The notes under the pieces were generated by a model. It saw only the letters and a program-made list of their open reading frames with translations. It was not told the DNA's origin and ran no database searches. Below, one piece after another: positions 39,105 to 51,531 of a stretch of DNA of 64,000 nt. The position numbers and the translations under genes were made by a program. The number at the start of each line of letters is the position of its first letter. Positions within the stretch are counted from its first letter, which is position 1. Location of the stretch: assembly GCA_050575255.1 (NCBI GenBank), contig JBNZDD010013686.1, positions 2,913,286 to 2,977,285 on the forward strand, written 5' to 3'. The stretch comes from Harriotta raleighana. Taxonomy: Eukaryota.

Positions 39105-39280
39105 TTGGTCACTTAATCTCTAACTGAGGAACTGTTTGAGGGACACTGCTATATGCAATTGGCTGTTGCGCTTCACCCACAAAATATACAAATAATTCAC
39201 TTTACAGAATGTTCCATGAAGCGCTTTGAGACGACTTGAAGACATGCAGTTGCTCAAAATGCAAGAATTATTTATTATTA
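39105..39280 (+). mobile_element. SINE family 1, 3' half
   Basis: gggacactgctatatgcaattggctgttgcgc...tgaagcgctttgagacg...aatgcaagaattatt. Confidence 0.8.
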
Positions 39281-39396
39281 AGGTCAAATACAAATTTACG
39301 TTGGCTTCTCTTGGTAGATGGGTATTCACCCCCACCCCCAACACCCTCTTCACCCCACCCCTTAAGTATATAGAAACTCATTTATCAGTACCTTAC

Positions 39397-39471
39397 CCTT
39401 AGGTTAAGTTTATACTGGCCACAGGATGTTCCAGTAGAGGTGCTTGAAGTTATCCAGTACTTTTTTTTTAA
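39397..39471 (-). CDS. Weak candidate exon, 75 nt, phase 0->0: LKKKYWITSSTSTGTSCGQYKLNLR
   Basis: Acceptor cttattgcAG, donor AGG/GTAAGG, single open frame; could easily be chance. Confidence 0.15.
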
Positions 39472-39754
39472 CTGCAATAAGCCTTCACATTTAAAATTGC
39501 TTGCCTATTTCCGGCTTAGGTTTGGTTTGTGCATGTGATACCAAGATTGTACGTCCCATACTGTAAAATATAGCAACTCTGTATTAGCAGGACAGAACTG
39601 CAACTGATTTGTACATAGTAATGTCCTGAACACAGTTATGGAGCGAGTGATTAATATTATCTGGGAGAATTGTTGGTTGTCATCTGTGAGCCTGATCAAT
39701 AAATGTTGAAGGTATTCAAGTATGAGGCGAGCACAACTGAGATGCACAATACAG

Positions 39755-39912
39755 TATACTGTAATTTAGAAAAATGCAAAATAATGCAGATGCTGGAAAT
39801 CTGAAACAAACACAGAAATCGCTGGAAACACTCAGCAGGTCAGGCAGCATCTATGGAGAAAGGAAAAGTGAGTTAACGTTTCGGATGCACGACCCTTCGT
39901 CAGAACTATACA
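39755..39912 (-). mobile_element. Short Penelope-like element (copy 2)
   Basis: Highly similar to 35941-36090 including both ends (tgtatagtt...ttctaaattacagtata). Confidence 0.7.
39871..39907 (-). ncRNA. Minimal type I hammerhead ribozyme motif
   Basis: AGUU-CUGACGA-A-GGGU(CGUGC)AUCC-GAAAC-GU-U-AACU: both catalytic boxes, stem II, stem I AGUU/AACU and loopless palindromic stem III ACGU. Confidence 0.7.
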
Positions 39913-42900
39913 ATTTATATTTATTTGGTGCCTTTCATGAGGAGGATGCCTCAAATGGCTTAAGATGCACTGTGTTTTCATGTCATTTGCTAAATCATTT
40001 AACGAGAAAGGTGCAGGAATGCACCCTGGTTTCCCAACACCTTATCCAGGACACAAAGGCTAATTGTACCACTCCCTCTACACTTTGGCTAAATAGGCAC
40101 ATGAGCATTTTAGTACCATATTCTGCATTTATTGCAATTCTATTGTGTAAACTTGATTATCTCTAGTTTAAAATGTCAGCTACATATTCTGGATGACTTC
40201 TTTTCAAATACAATGATGGAAATAAGATAATATGCAACCTGAAGTGATCATTACCTTTTCATTGTGAGCTCTGTCTCCTGCAGGTGTGAATTTCTGTTAG
40301 TGAATGGAATGGGTGTTGGGCTGCCACAACGAATATGGCCTGATTTTACCCAATCATTAAGGGAAATGGTTATTCCTTCAGGTCTTGTTTCATACCACAT
40401 TATGCTGTTCCCATTGTGTAATATTTTGCATACTCTTTCAGAGGTAAAAAGGCTGGTTCTTCACCTCTTTTTCACCTATTTAATAAATGAGCCTTAATAC
40501 TGTCAGCTTCACAGGAGGCCAAGAGGTGTAACATCAGACTCAAGTGAGATAAGAAATTGACAGATTAAGGGAATTAAGAAGATTATGAGTTACTGGTGAA
40601 TAAAACTGTAAAGTTGAGGTGTGAAGATTGTTTGGTGTTATTTCTGGCTCAAGCCTCGTATTAACCCTTTAAGAACATACATTCAAAAGTATTTGGTTTC
40701 TTTATTTCAGAGAAAATGATGACATTTCATGCAGCTCACATTAACACCATTAAACTCCCATACCATTCTAGATAGGGTTTACTTAAATATGTTAGTTTGC
40801 AGGAAAAATTGAGCATGTACTTTTTTTTAACAAGAGCCAATCCCTAGGTTATGCCAAATAGTTTTCCTAGATAATCATTTTAATTCTCCTGTAGAGATCG
40901 TACTGAATGTTGTAATAAACTCAGAAATGAATGGCAGTTCAGGTTTTGATTTACTTGCAGCTGTTGAATAACAAGACAATCTGATAAATACACAATAGGG
41001 GTACAATGCCCCTAGCATGATCTCCTATCACATAATCTGTTATTTTAAATATAAATTATTTTCCACATCAATTGTATTTTCACACACTCACTGCTGGCTT
41101 GTCAGAAATTTCATTATAATCATTTCCCCTCTTTAGCAGGAGGTGAAATTTGTCCCATTTGCCAAATAAGTTCTTAAACTGCAGAGGAGTTGATCTAAAT
41201 ATTTAAGGCAAATGACCTGGTAGGGGAGGAGTAAATAGGTTTGAGTGAAACATGGGAATGATTTAAAAATAGAGCAATACTGTACTACTTGGAACTTAAA
41301 AAAATGCAATACCATGGAATGTTGTCAATCACACACATGCCTATGCAAGCAGCACGTGTGATATAGTCAAATAATCTTGAACACAAGATAACATACTGGG
41401 CCTTCTTCCATATCTGACATAGCACACTTTTTGCAAACTTAAATTTGAATAAAGGAAATAACATTGAATTGTGTGACGTTACTCAAAACTTATATTTTTA
41501 CAATGGGCTCATATTTCATTACACAATGTTGCACCTCACACGATTGTTCGTTTCAAATTCCTTTGCACATGTAAAGCAGGTAAATTAATCTGTGCATAAA
41601 TTACTCTGAAAATAAGGTATTATTGCTGGATTTAGTACATTTAGTTTGCAGTGGTATTGGATGAGGGGGACTCAAACACATCTTAAATGGGATGAAATTG
41701 ATTCTGCTTCAAATTATATTGAACAAAATGAGATGAATGGCAAATAAATTGGTACACTACTGTATTTAACAGCATCAGTACAAGAGGAAAGCAAAATGTT
41801 TCAAATGCTGTACCTTTTGCATATTAATCTGCAGCAGACTTTCACTTCATGTGGTCTCCGACACAGCAATATCAAAAGAAACTGTCAAATCTGAAACCTA
41901 ATCCAATTATACGCACTGCCAGAACTTGCCATAGCTGTTCTGATAAAGCTTCAGACTTTATCAAAATGGAAATTAATGATGAATGAACCACAGGTATGGA
42001 CTTCCATTTTAACATCACAAAATTGTAATTAAAATACTCTGATAACCGTTTAAAAAAGTAAGCTATACTGGATTCCTAAAATACTTATTTTAGGAATTTA
42101 ATTTTTTTGGACCTTTTTTCCAGCATACAATATCATATATTCTGAGTTTGAAAGTGACTTGGTTATATTCCATCTAATTTATTCTTTACTATAAGTGCTC
42201 TTGAGAAAAATCACATAGAGCAAAAGACTAACTTTTGCTATTCTGATCTTTTTAAACAGTTAGATTGCATTTAAAATATGTAGATCACGTGCAATGCATT
42301 TCTAATGCAATTCATGGTTAATTCATGTTAAGTAACAAAACTGTATATGCACAAATTTCTACTCAAGAATGTCAATGTATTTGCGTTTTGCTTTTTTTTG
42401 CCCCTCAGGAACTATTACATCCCCAGTTTATTCTGGAATATTTTGTACATTCACTAAGCAAGTAAAAAATTAAATGCCTAAAATAAGTATTTTAGTACAC
42501 AGAGATCAATTCACTAAGCAGGTAAAAAATTAAATGCTAAAATAAGTATAGCTTACTTTTTTAAACGGTTAATTCACTCTGAATGTTTTTTTTAAATGTT
42601 GGGATAAGAACAATACTGATGAATTCAATGAAGTGCGTGAAGTCCTATGTTTTTTCTGCATCTATTGGCAATGCAAACAAGACATATTCTAGGTTTTATT
42701 TCTTGTGCCAATTTTTCTCATCTAAATGTTCTCCTATTCCTTCTTTTCCCCCCCACTTACTGAAACAGTTTGGATACCAATTTTTTTCTTCTTCTGGCAT
42801 AAGGCTCTATTGGGTACTAATTTGTCCCACATTTATTGATCCCTATCACAATGAAGGATAGAATAGGAGCAATAATAACCAAGGGAAATAGCCCAGGCCA

Positions 42901-42989
42901 CAAGAGAAAAAACATTACACACACAATGACTGGAGACAGCTATTTATATGAAGTACCCTAAAATATACAACTGTGTTAATGACTCATTT

Positions 42990-43392
42990 TCTCACCACTC
43001 TTGCCTCTGAGAAAGAAGGTTGTGATTTCAAATCCTAAATTGGGACTCACATAGTCTAAGATGACAATTCAATGTAGCACTGGGATGTGTTGCATTGTTG
43101 GAGGTGTGTTCATTTAGATGAATTGATAAACCAAGGTCCTGTTCAGGTGGACATTAAAGATCCCATACAATTATTCTTAAAGAGTCTCTCCTGATGTCCT
43201 AGCCAATAATCTCCAAAATCAATTTGATCACTCACTCCATGATTGTTTTTGTGACATTGCTATGCGCAATTGTGTTGCTGCGTTTGCCTACAAATACACA
43301 GTGAACCCACTTTACAATAAATCCTGTGAAGCACTTTGAGACATCCTTCTGACGTGATAAGGTCCTATACTAAATGCAAGGATTATTATTAT
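42990..43392 (+). mobile_element. Near full-length old DeuSINE (SacSINE1/AmnSINE1-like)
   Basis: cactcttgcctctgagaaagaaggttgtg head, Deu-domain-like gcattgttggaggtg...aaaccaaggtcc...caggtggacattaaagatccca, and shared tail. Confidence 0.8.
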
Positions 43393-43401
43393 TTTAATAC
43401 A

Positions 43402-43447
43402 TCACTATGTACACATCAGCCACTGATGGTTGATATGTACATAGTGA
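43402..43447. repeat. 21-bp inverted repeat with 4-nt loop
   Basis: TCACTATGTACACATCAGCCA-ctga-TGGTTGATATGTACATAGTGA; one mismatch and one G-T pair. Confidence 0.9.
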
Positions 43448-44107
43448 CACAGTTCATGTAACATGCACTTCAAGAATTCTTTTAATAAAGGTTAAAATAA
43501 ACAAAAATTCACACAAAGCTGCTCCTTTTCATTTTATCATTATGATAACTGGTTGTTTAAGACCTGAAATATCTACAATTACTAGAAAGAAAGAAATAAG
43601 AGATTGTATCTAGCAAGCAACAGAATTGTGTTCTCAAGAGAAGGCTTTTCAAGTAGTTTATTTAAAGAATTTAGCCAAATGGCTTATTTCCATCCTGTAT
43701 CGTTTAATGTAACCGAATCAGCTTTTAAAATCGTGTTGGTCTACCCGAGTAAAATTACTTCCTTTTCATACAGAAATCATTGCAAAAAGGTTTTACATTG
43801 ACTCTAAAATTAAATTCAAAGTCTCCCACTGCAGAATACACTCACCAATAATGCAAGACTGTAATTAAGTGCTGCGGCACAGTTTGTGATACAACAAATT
43901 AAAGTCAATTTACTTCTCGTCGCAGAAATGTACCCGCAGTAAGAAAAGTCAGTTCCCGCTGTTGCTAAAACACTCCTGATTCACCCCAAGACTTTTCATT
44001 CGAACAGTAATCAAGGTATTTGCTGAATTTCTGTAAGAAATAGAGATGGTGTGGACAACTACACTGTCATTCTCAGTACCATCACTTGAATCAATTCCTT
44101 GGTCCAT

Positions 44108-44325
44108 TTAATAGTAAGAATCTTTACATTTGAAATGGCGCCTTCCACATCTGGAGGACGTCTCAAAGCGCTTCACAGGAAACACCATAAAGTGGTGTGA
44201 GTACCTATTTTGTGAGCGAACGCAACTACCAATTTGCACAGAGCAATGTCCCATGTCTTCAGACTTGTGTCCACAGCCCTCTGATTCAGAAACAAAACTG
44301 CTACTGACTAGGCCGCCTCGCTGGC
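44108..44325 (-). mobile_element. SINE tail plus DeuSINE head fragment
   Basis: aatctttacatttgaaatggcgcc...aaagcgcttcacag...; cacagccctctgattcaga. Confidence 0.65.
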
Positions 44326-47186
44326 TAACAGTGGGAAATACTGAGGTTGAACTGAAAAAAAACACAGCAAGAAAGCCTTTGACAAGGCCTGACAGAAGTC
44401 ACGGTGGTTCTCACAGCTTTCCGCTCTTTTGAAAAAAAAAACACTCACTTCAAGAAACACAACAAAATACAGTTTTTGAAAGCTTGAAGCTTGCAGAGAC
44501 CACTAACATACAATAAGGTTACTATGCAACATCAAGGTAATAGCATTTAAAATATGCACACTTGGGAGACAGTTTTGAGCAACAGCTTATGTGAGGTTAC
44601 CCCCCAAAAAAACGATTCTATCTCTTTAAGAAATTCAAACAATTCTAGTGATACAAAATAAGTATTGTTAAACCTCTGTATCTTATGAAACTGCATTACA
44701 TATTCATGTGCATGGAGTACATCAGAACATTATACCCTGATGCTGGCAGTCAGTTTTTACCATTTTAACTACATGATTAATATCAGCTTCTGCAGGAAAT
44801 TAAACTTAAAAAATTTCAATATGTAGATTAAAAGACAAAATTACAGACACTGGATAATGCAGTACAGTTGATTAATTTTCGTCCCGTGAATGCAAAATCT
44901 TCCAGCAATCTCGTGTGCAAGTCTTGCAAAAATGTCACATTTCAGAATGCAGCGCAGTGCTATCTGGTACTGAGGGCTGGTCCCAGCTGCAGCTGGCACC
45001 ACACTTACACTGCCTGTCAGGAAGATGATGGGTGAATGTAAGGTCTAGCTGTAAAATAATTGAATTTTCATATCAGAGGGAAACAGAATTTCCCAGACAA
45101 TGAAAATGCTGAGTCTCACACTGTTATTTGCAAATACCCTTTGCCACATTACTCGAAATCCAAATGTAAATTTCTGATTTTTTTTTTCCTTTCAGTGCCA
45201 CATGCTTCTTCAGTGTACAACCATCTGTATGAAAATGGAAGCAGATAATAAGTAGCCAAATCTCATATTATTAGAATAGTAATTTACTTGCTGAATCGGA
45301 CAGAGTGCTGTCTCTGTATTTTTGCCAATGTGAATATGACTAAGGTTTAATTAAGTTTCTTGAACTCCGACCTTTCTTAAAGGCAAAACATACCAGCAAG
45401 TTTCGAAAGTGGAGTGAGGAAATCGCCTGCTTCAAGAAATCGCACCGTTTACCAGCGAAGAAAATCATATTCCGTGTCAAAAACAAAAGTTAAGGTGGAG
45501 ACCATCTTTCCATATTCAATTTCCTCGCAAGCACAATGAAAAAACTGTTTCTATAATTACAAGTAAATTGGGAAACACTTGAGACCAAAAGTATCTTGAT
45601 GCATTTTTGCCAACATTCTCCCCTGCTCCTCAGACCCTTGCAGGCGGATGTTTCCATGGATGGTAGGACCTCTTAATGGGATCTTGCACCAGTGTATATT
45701 CTTGATATTAAGCAGAGATCGTGAATGTTGACAGGCTGTTCCAATGTATTACAGTTAAGGCTGATTCCCACCTGCAGTCTACACACACTTTCTAGCAGGT
45801 GGTCACTAGCTCACTATGAAGACAAGGAACCTTTGCTGTTGTTCTCTGACACTTGTCAATGGGGCAACAAGGTAAATTATAGTATCCCAAATATTGCCCC
45901 ATCACAAATCAACTGCCTTAACATCCACAAATGAAGGAATCATTTACAGGATCTCACCTTGTGAGAAAAACTGTTATTTCAATTTTTGTAATAAATGTTA
46001 ATTGCATTGTCATTAAACTTGGTATGATATCGATGTCAGATCCTAATTCCAGTGATAGTCCAGTAGTACAGGGCCTAGAAAGCCACTGATTCCTTTATCC
46101 GGGAAATTAATCTCTTCAAATTAAGATTGTAAAATCACAGTGGAATTTATATTTACAGTACCTAAACATGCTGCTGCACCAACAATAAGAACTTTACATT
46201 ATATGGTCCTTGAAGTGTATGACCAAGATAGGAATTTGTGAGTGCATCTCCATCTAGAGTTTTTCCACCATAAAGATGAATATATTAATATATTGTAAGA
46301 AACAGATGACTATATTTTAGTCATCTGCCTCTATGTTTTATTTCGGCATTAGCCAAAAGGAGCTTGACAATGCTGTAGGCCCACTTAATGCAGATCAGAA
46401 AAGCAACAACAACAAAATTACATTTATACAGAGCCTTTCACATCAGGAGGACATGCCAAGGATTGTCAACGTTTCGAATAAACTGTACCGTTCTTCTAAT
46501 TTCTAACTTTTTAAATATAGTTTAAAAACTATATCTGAAATTCAAACACATGTGTTTCTCTAAACTTAGTTCTTGTTTTATGTCATGTGATTAGCCTATC
46601 AGTTGGCAGTATACTCTTCTCAGACTGTAAAAGAGCTTCAATGTAAAACATTTACCAATGCGACAATAACAACAACAAAATTACATTAATATAGTTCCTT
46701 TCTTGTCGGGAGGACATCCGAAGGTGCAAACACATGGAAAGGGGGAAGACTCACTCCAGTTTAAGCTAGTCACTGGAAGTTTTCAGCAACTCTGCAACAC
46801 ATCTAGGAATTCCTTCAGGATGCCATGATTCAATCAATGGGTTGACAAATTGACATATGATGTGACAATTATCACATCATCAAACAACAAGGTCAGGCCA
46901 ATTGATAAGTAAAGATTGGGAGAGGGTGTGAACTCATCAGTCCTTCCCCACCCATCCTTTCCCACTTCAGTGGTTGGACTTGAAGAGAGGCTGAAACCTG
47001 AAACAGCCAACACAGGTTGTTTCAACATGTTGAAAGACTATCTAAAGAAAGTTATTTATGTTTCACTGCATGCCTAACATTCATCAGGAGAGGTGGTTAA
47101 GGGAAACAAAATTAGAGGGAGAGGGGAAAAAAGGAGATAAATAGATATCATACAGTTCATTACCCATGTGTCAGTAGTAAAACTGA

Positions 47187-47500
47187 ATAATAATAATCCT
47201 TCAATTTGATATATTGTAACACTTTTCATGTCTTCTAGAGTTTCAAAGAACTTCACAGAATATACTGTAAAGTAAATTGACTGTGTCTTTGTGGGTGAAA
47301 TGCGGCAGCCAAATGCACATAGCAGGATCCCACAAAACAGTAGTGGATTGAATGAGCAAGTCATTATTGCTTTTTCCTTGAGGGATTATTATCAGGCATG
47401 TGGATTAAGGAAACTTGCCCAGGGTTTCGCCCTGCTGGGAATCAAACCCAAGTCACTCGATTGCAAGTCAAGTGGTCTAACTACTGAGCTACAGGACTCT
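47187..47500 (-). mobile_element. SINE family 1, full length
   Basis: Tail, body, head gggaatcaaacc...ctaactactgagctacaggactc. Confidence 0.88.
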
Positions 47501-47909
47501 GAGTCAGATGATTGTGGGTCACGCCCCATGTCAGGATTTGGGATTGCATAACCAATGATGAAATTCCAGTGCAGTGGTGCAGTGCTGGTGTTTTGACGTG
47601 ATAAGGCACTATATCAAATTCAGGGTTGATTATGATAATTCCTTTCTATTACCCCTCTAGATCTCTAAACTATTTTCTCTTTCCCCCATTCACCACCTCC
47701 CACTTCATCTTCTTCCATGATTTTTCACTCACTAATAAGATGGGAAGTCCACCAGCTCCCAGGTCTCTCTATGATCACTAAGTAAAATGTAGCTTGCGAC
47801 ATGTGAGTTTCCAAATTAATATTTTTCTTCTCTCCCTTCTTAGGAGGAAAATGGCTGGCCTGGACCTCCACATACATTTTGCTTTGGTAAACCGGGTATC
47901 TCACATATT

Positions 47910-47982
47910 CTTCATGATCTAATAATAGAATGGGGGAGAAACAAGCTGGAGGGGCTGAATGGCCTACTCCTGTTCCTATGTA
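47910..47982 (+). mobile_element. CR1 LINE 3' tail
   Basis: acaagctggaggggctgaatggcctactcctgttcctatgt. Confidence 0.7.
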
Positions 47983-48564
47983 GAAACCTGTCAACATGCT
48001 TAGGAATCCAATTGCAACCCACAGATAAGGAAACATGGAATGAAAACAGACCAACCATTTTGCCCATCAGGGAAATCAACTAAATAGTATCGAATTTGCA
48101 TAGTTTGTATCCCGGGTAGAAATTATTACCCACAACAGGTTTCTCCTACTTCATTGTAATTTGAAGTGGCAGTTTGTATGATCCGAAACATAAGCTCCTC
48201 CAGCTGAACTGATCGCATTTCATGGATAAAATTCCATTATGATAGTTAAGTACACTTTATTAAATACCAAAACACACATTTCTATTCTGTTGATGTTCCT
48301 GCCACAAAAGGATCTGTGCTTGGATTAAACTGGGTATTGTGCGTGCGAAAAATGAAACATTGGTCGTGAAAAGTGCTTTTGTTCTGCACTTCATCCTTCA
48401 AGCTTCTTTGAACCCTTATCTGCTTGGTTAACCCTTTGAGGAGCAAAGAGTTTATTGGATGAAAAGTGGATATTTTCAATAAATTTTCTTTTATATTAAT
48501 GTTTTACATGCAACACACTAATCTGCTTACAGTACATTTTAATCTCACCTAGTTAAGAGCATCA

Positions 48565-49048
48565 CTTTGGGCTCAGTTAGTAGCACTCTCACATCTGAGA
48601 CTAAAGGTTGTGAATTGTAGCCTTACAACGGGACTTGTTAGCTAAATTGACACTGCAGTGCAAGTCTGGGAACTGTTCTGATATCATAGGTGCTGCCTTT
48701 TAGATTAGATATTTAAACCAATGTCTGATATACCATCTTCATGTGCAAGTTAAAGATCTCATGATACGATACAAAAAGGGAACAGAATTAATCCCAGTGC
48801 CCCGGCCAACAATCCTTAAAATGAATTGCTCATTCACCTCATGGCCGTGGGAGGAGTTCTCTGGTACAAATGGCTATCGTATTTGCCTACGAAACAGCAA
48901 CAACAACAAAAATTCCATTTGTATAGCAGTCATTACATGAGAAAACAATCACTTGTAAAGTGCTTTTGCCTCCCAGGTCACTACATTTGATAGCAATAAC
49001 TTTGAAGCACTCAAGATATTTGGACATTTAAGTGCTATATTAAAGCAA
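48565..49048 (+). mobile_element. Old DeuSINE, diverged and interrupted
   Basis: ggctcagttagtagcactctcacatctgaga head, ggtgctgccttt...aaacc...aaagatctcatg Deu-like core, tail remnant. Confidence 0.7.
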
Positions 49049-49064
49049 ACATGAGCATAAAGAT

Positions 49065-49227
49065 AAACAAAACACAAAATACTACAGATGCTGGGAATCT
49101 GAAATAAAAACAGAAGTTGCTGGGAAACTTAGCAGGTCAGGCACCATCCATGGAGAAAGAAAAGCGAGTCAATGTTTTGGGTCCACGACCCTTCGTCAGT
49201 TCTGACAGCAACTTCTGTTTTTGTTTT
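49065..49227 (-). mobile_element. Short Penelope-like element (copy 3) with 14-bp TSD and terminal inversion
   Basis: atgagcataaagat at 49051-49064 and 49228-49241; CTGACGA-A-GGGTC(GTG)GACCC-aAAAC; 49206-49227 is a near-exact inverted copy of ~49102-49122. Confidence 0.75.
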
Positions 49228-51389
49228 ATGAGCATAAAGATGATTAGCGCTGACCATCTTTGAAGAACCATAATAAGATGAAGTAAAACTTAGAAAGAGT
49301 GGAGCACACAGTGTCTTTCCTTGAAGAGCTTGGCTTTATTGCTATGGTAGGTAAGACTCAAATTCGAGGCAGACATATCATAGAGTGGTTATAACAAGGA
49401 CCAACTAGCTGTTTTGGTCTAGAGTAGCCTTGATCTTTGATTGAAAACCTTGATTGCTTCGAAAACTATCTCCTCACTGATCAGCTAAGTAAGACACAAA
49501 TGTCTCCTGTTGGCTGCATTGTCGGAGAACTGCAAGAAGAACACTTCCAAGCTGGCTGAGATGCCAAAAGGGTCTCCAGGGTCTGAAAGTGGAACAACTG
49601 GAAACTTCAAAATGAAAAAGAAATGCTCTTCACAAATGAAAAATACAAATTCTTGACAGGTAGGTCACTGATGTGGTGACATGACACCACAATGATGCCT
49701 GAAGGATCATGGACTTTGGGAAATCTGTTCCACCTAAAATATTTCATGACGTTTATTTGCTGACATACTCCCCACTACTTTACAATTCATTTTTCGCCTC
49801 ATTTCTGGAGCAAATCGGTGGTCAGGAAATAATAACAAGTTAAACTGCAAACACCTCTCATATACCTTGTGCTAGTATCTACTATCTGCCCTTATTATTC
49901 ATGCCCTAAATTATATAATAATCAGTACGATCACATCTGTCAGCCTCATTTAACCTTCTCTGATCTCCCATGATTCTTTGCCGTCAGGACTGAATGCCTG
50001 GTTTCTGCTGACTGGCTGATAACTGGGTGACTGATTGCCCTCCCCATTAACAGACAATGGTATATAGAATTCTCTGACTCATACTGAATATTAATGAGAA
50101 GCTGTGAAAGCTTAGATAAGACTACATAACGAGGTAATAGAGAGGTAAGGAAGAGGAATGAAAGGAAAGGGTAAAGTAAGAATGGGGGAATAGGAAGGAG
50201 AACATATGAGCTGAATGCTTAAGATGGGGGTAAGTAAATGGAAGACGGTCATCATTATGATACAGTGTTCCTACAATTCCTGACGCTCCTGAATAGGCTG
50301 ACACTCATGTAGATAAAGACTATCTGATTGGGAGCTACTGTTTACTAATAAACCACAGCAGTAACACTGGGCTGCTTCCAGTGCTCTTAAACGCAGAGGT
50401 CTCACTCACCAGTCATATGTCTAACCACCCCGTTGAGTTTGAATCATGCTTTAGGACTTACCACTGTTCCGTTGGTTTACTTACAAGTAATCGTAGCACA
50501 GTGAAAGAAAATGGCAATGGAACAACATCTCAAAATTGTTACTTTCATCCGTGTCGATCAACTCTCTTATTTTTTTTGCAAATACTGTATGGAGATCTGA
50601 CCAGATCTCCTGAGGAGCAACAGAAAGTGTAATGGCTGAGTTCAATTGTTCTCATCCATGAGATAAACTTGCCATGTTGGATTTTAAGCTATAATATCTT
50701 ATGACACCCCGGAAGCTCTTTGGTCATCTGTCACATCTAGCTCATATACAACTCCATACTTTAGGAAAATAACAATAAGAATTTGGGGATTCATATATAA
50801 ACAACCAGAGATTCCGTATTGGTGTCTAGTCATTCCTGCTCCAAAGGAATTGTGTGTATATGCATGATAGGTGAAGACAGCATAAAAGTTTGGTATAGAC
50901 TATCTCCTGTTGAGTAACTCAACAACAGTCTGTTTTCTCACACATTAAGAATGACCACTATGGTGGGTCCACTCTTTTGGACCATAAGACAGCATTGTCT
51001 CTTTTGTTTTTTCCTCTTGCCTTGCTGGTACACAACACAATAAGCTTCGATTTTACACTTGGGTTTCAGAATTTTTAAAAAAAAATACTTCGGGAGAAGA
51101 CAATAAGAACAACAACTTTTGATTTATATAGCACTCTCCATGCCGGATGGCGACTCAGAGATGCATCGAAGAGATGGATAAAACTTCACTTTCCAGCAAT
51201 GTTTCATTATTAAACAACAACAAAATTATCTTATTATTAAAGCCAGAGAGTAGACATTAAGACAACTATGACTTTTCTTCAAACTGTTAAAACTTCAGTC
51301 AATGGTGAGTGGTACTACTCTGCACACATTGGATGCTACCTTAATCTGAAAAGGTTTTTTCTTTCGTCTTTCATTTCTCTTCATCTTCA

Positions 51390-51526
51390 CAATAAATCCT
51401 GGGAACTGCTTTGAGATATCTCATTGACATGATCAGGCACTATATCAAGAGCCGTGGGACATCCTCCCGACATGAAAAGCGCTCTATAAATGTAATTTTG
51501 TTGTTGTTGTTGTAAAGATTATTATT
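51390..51526 (+). mobile_element. SINE tail with nested L2 tail
   Basis: ...gcactatatcaa[gagccgtgggacatcctcccgacatgaaaagcgctctataaatgtaattt(tgt)n]tgtaaagattatt. Confidence 0.7.
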
Positions 51527-51531
51527 TGTGA

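Noticed and set aside
40283-40367. Plus-strand acceptor ctctgtctcctgcAG with open frame
   Set aside because: Poor donor, unrecognised peptide and no supporting plus-strand exons
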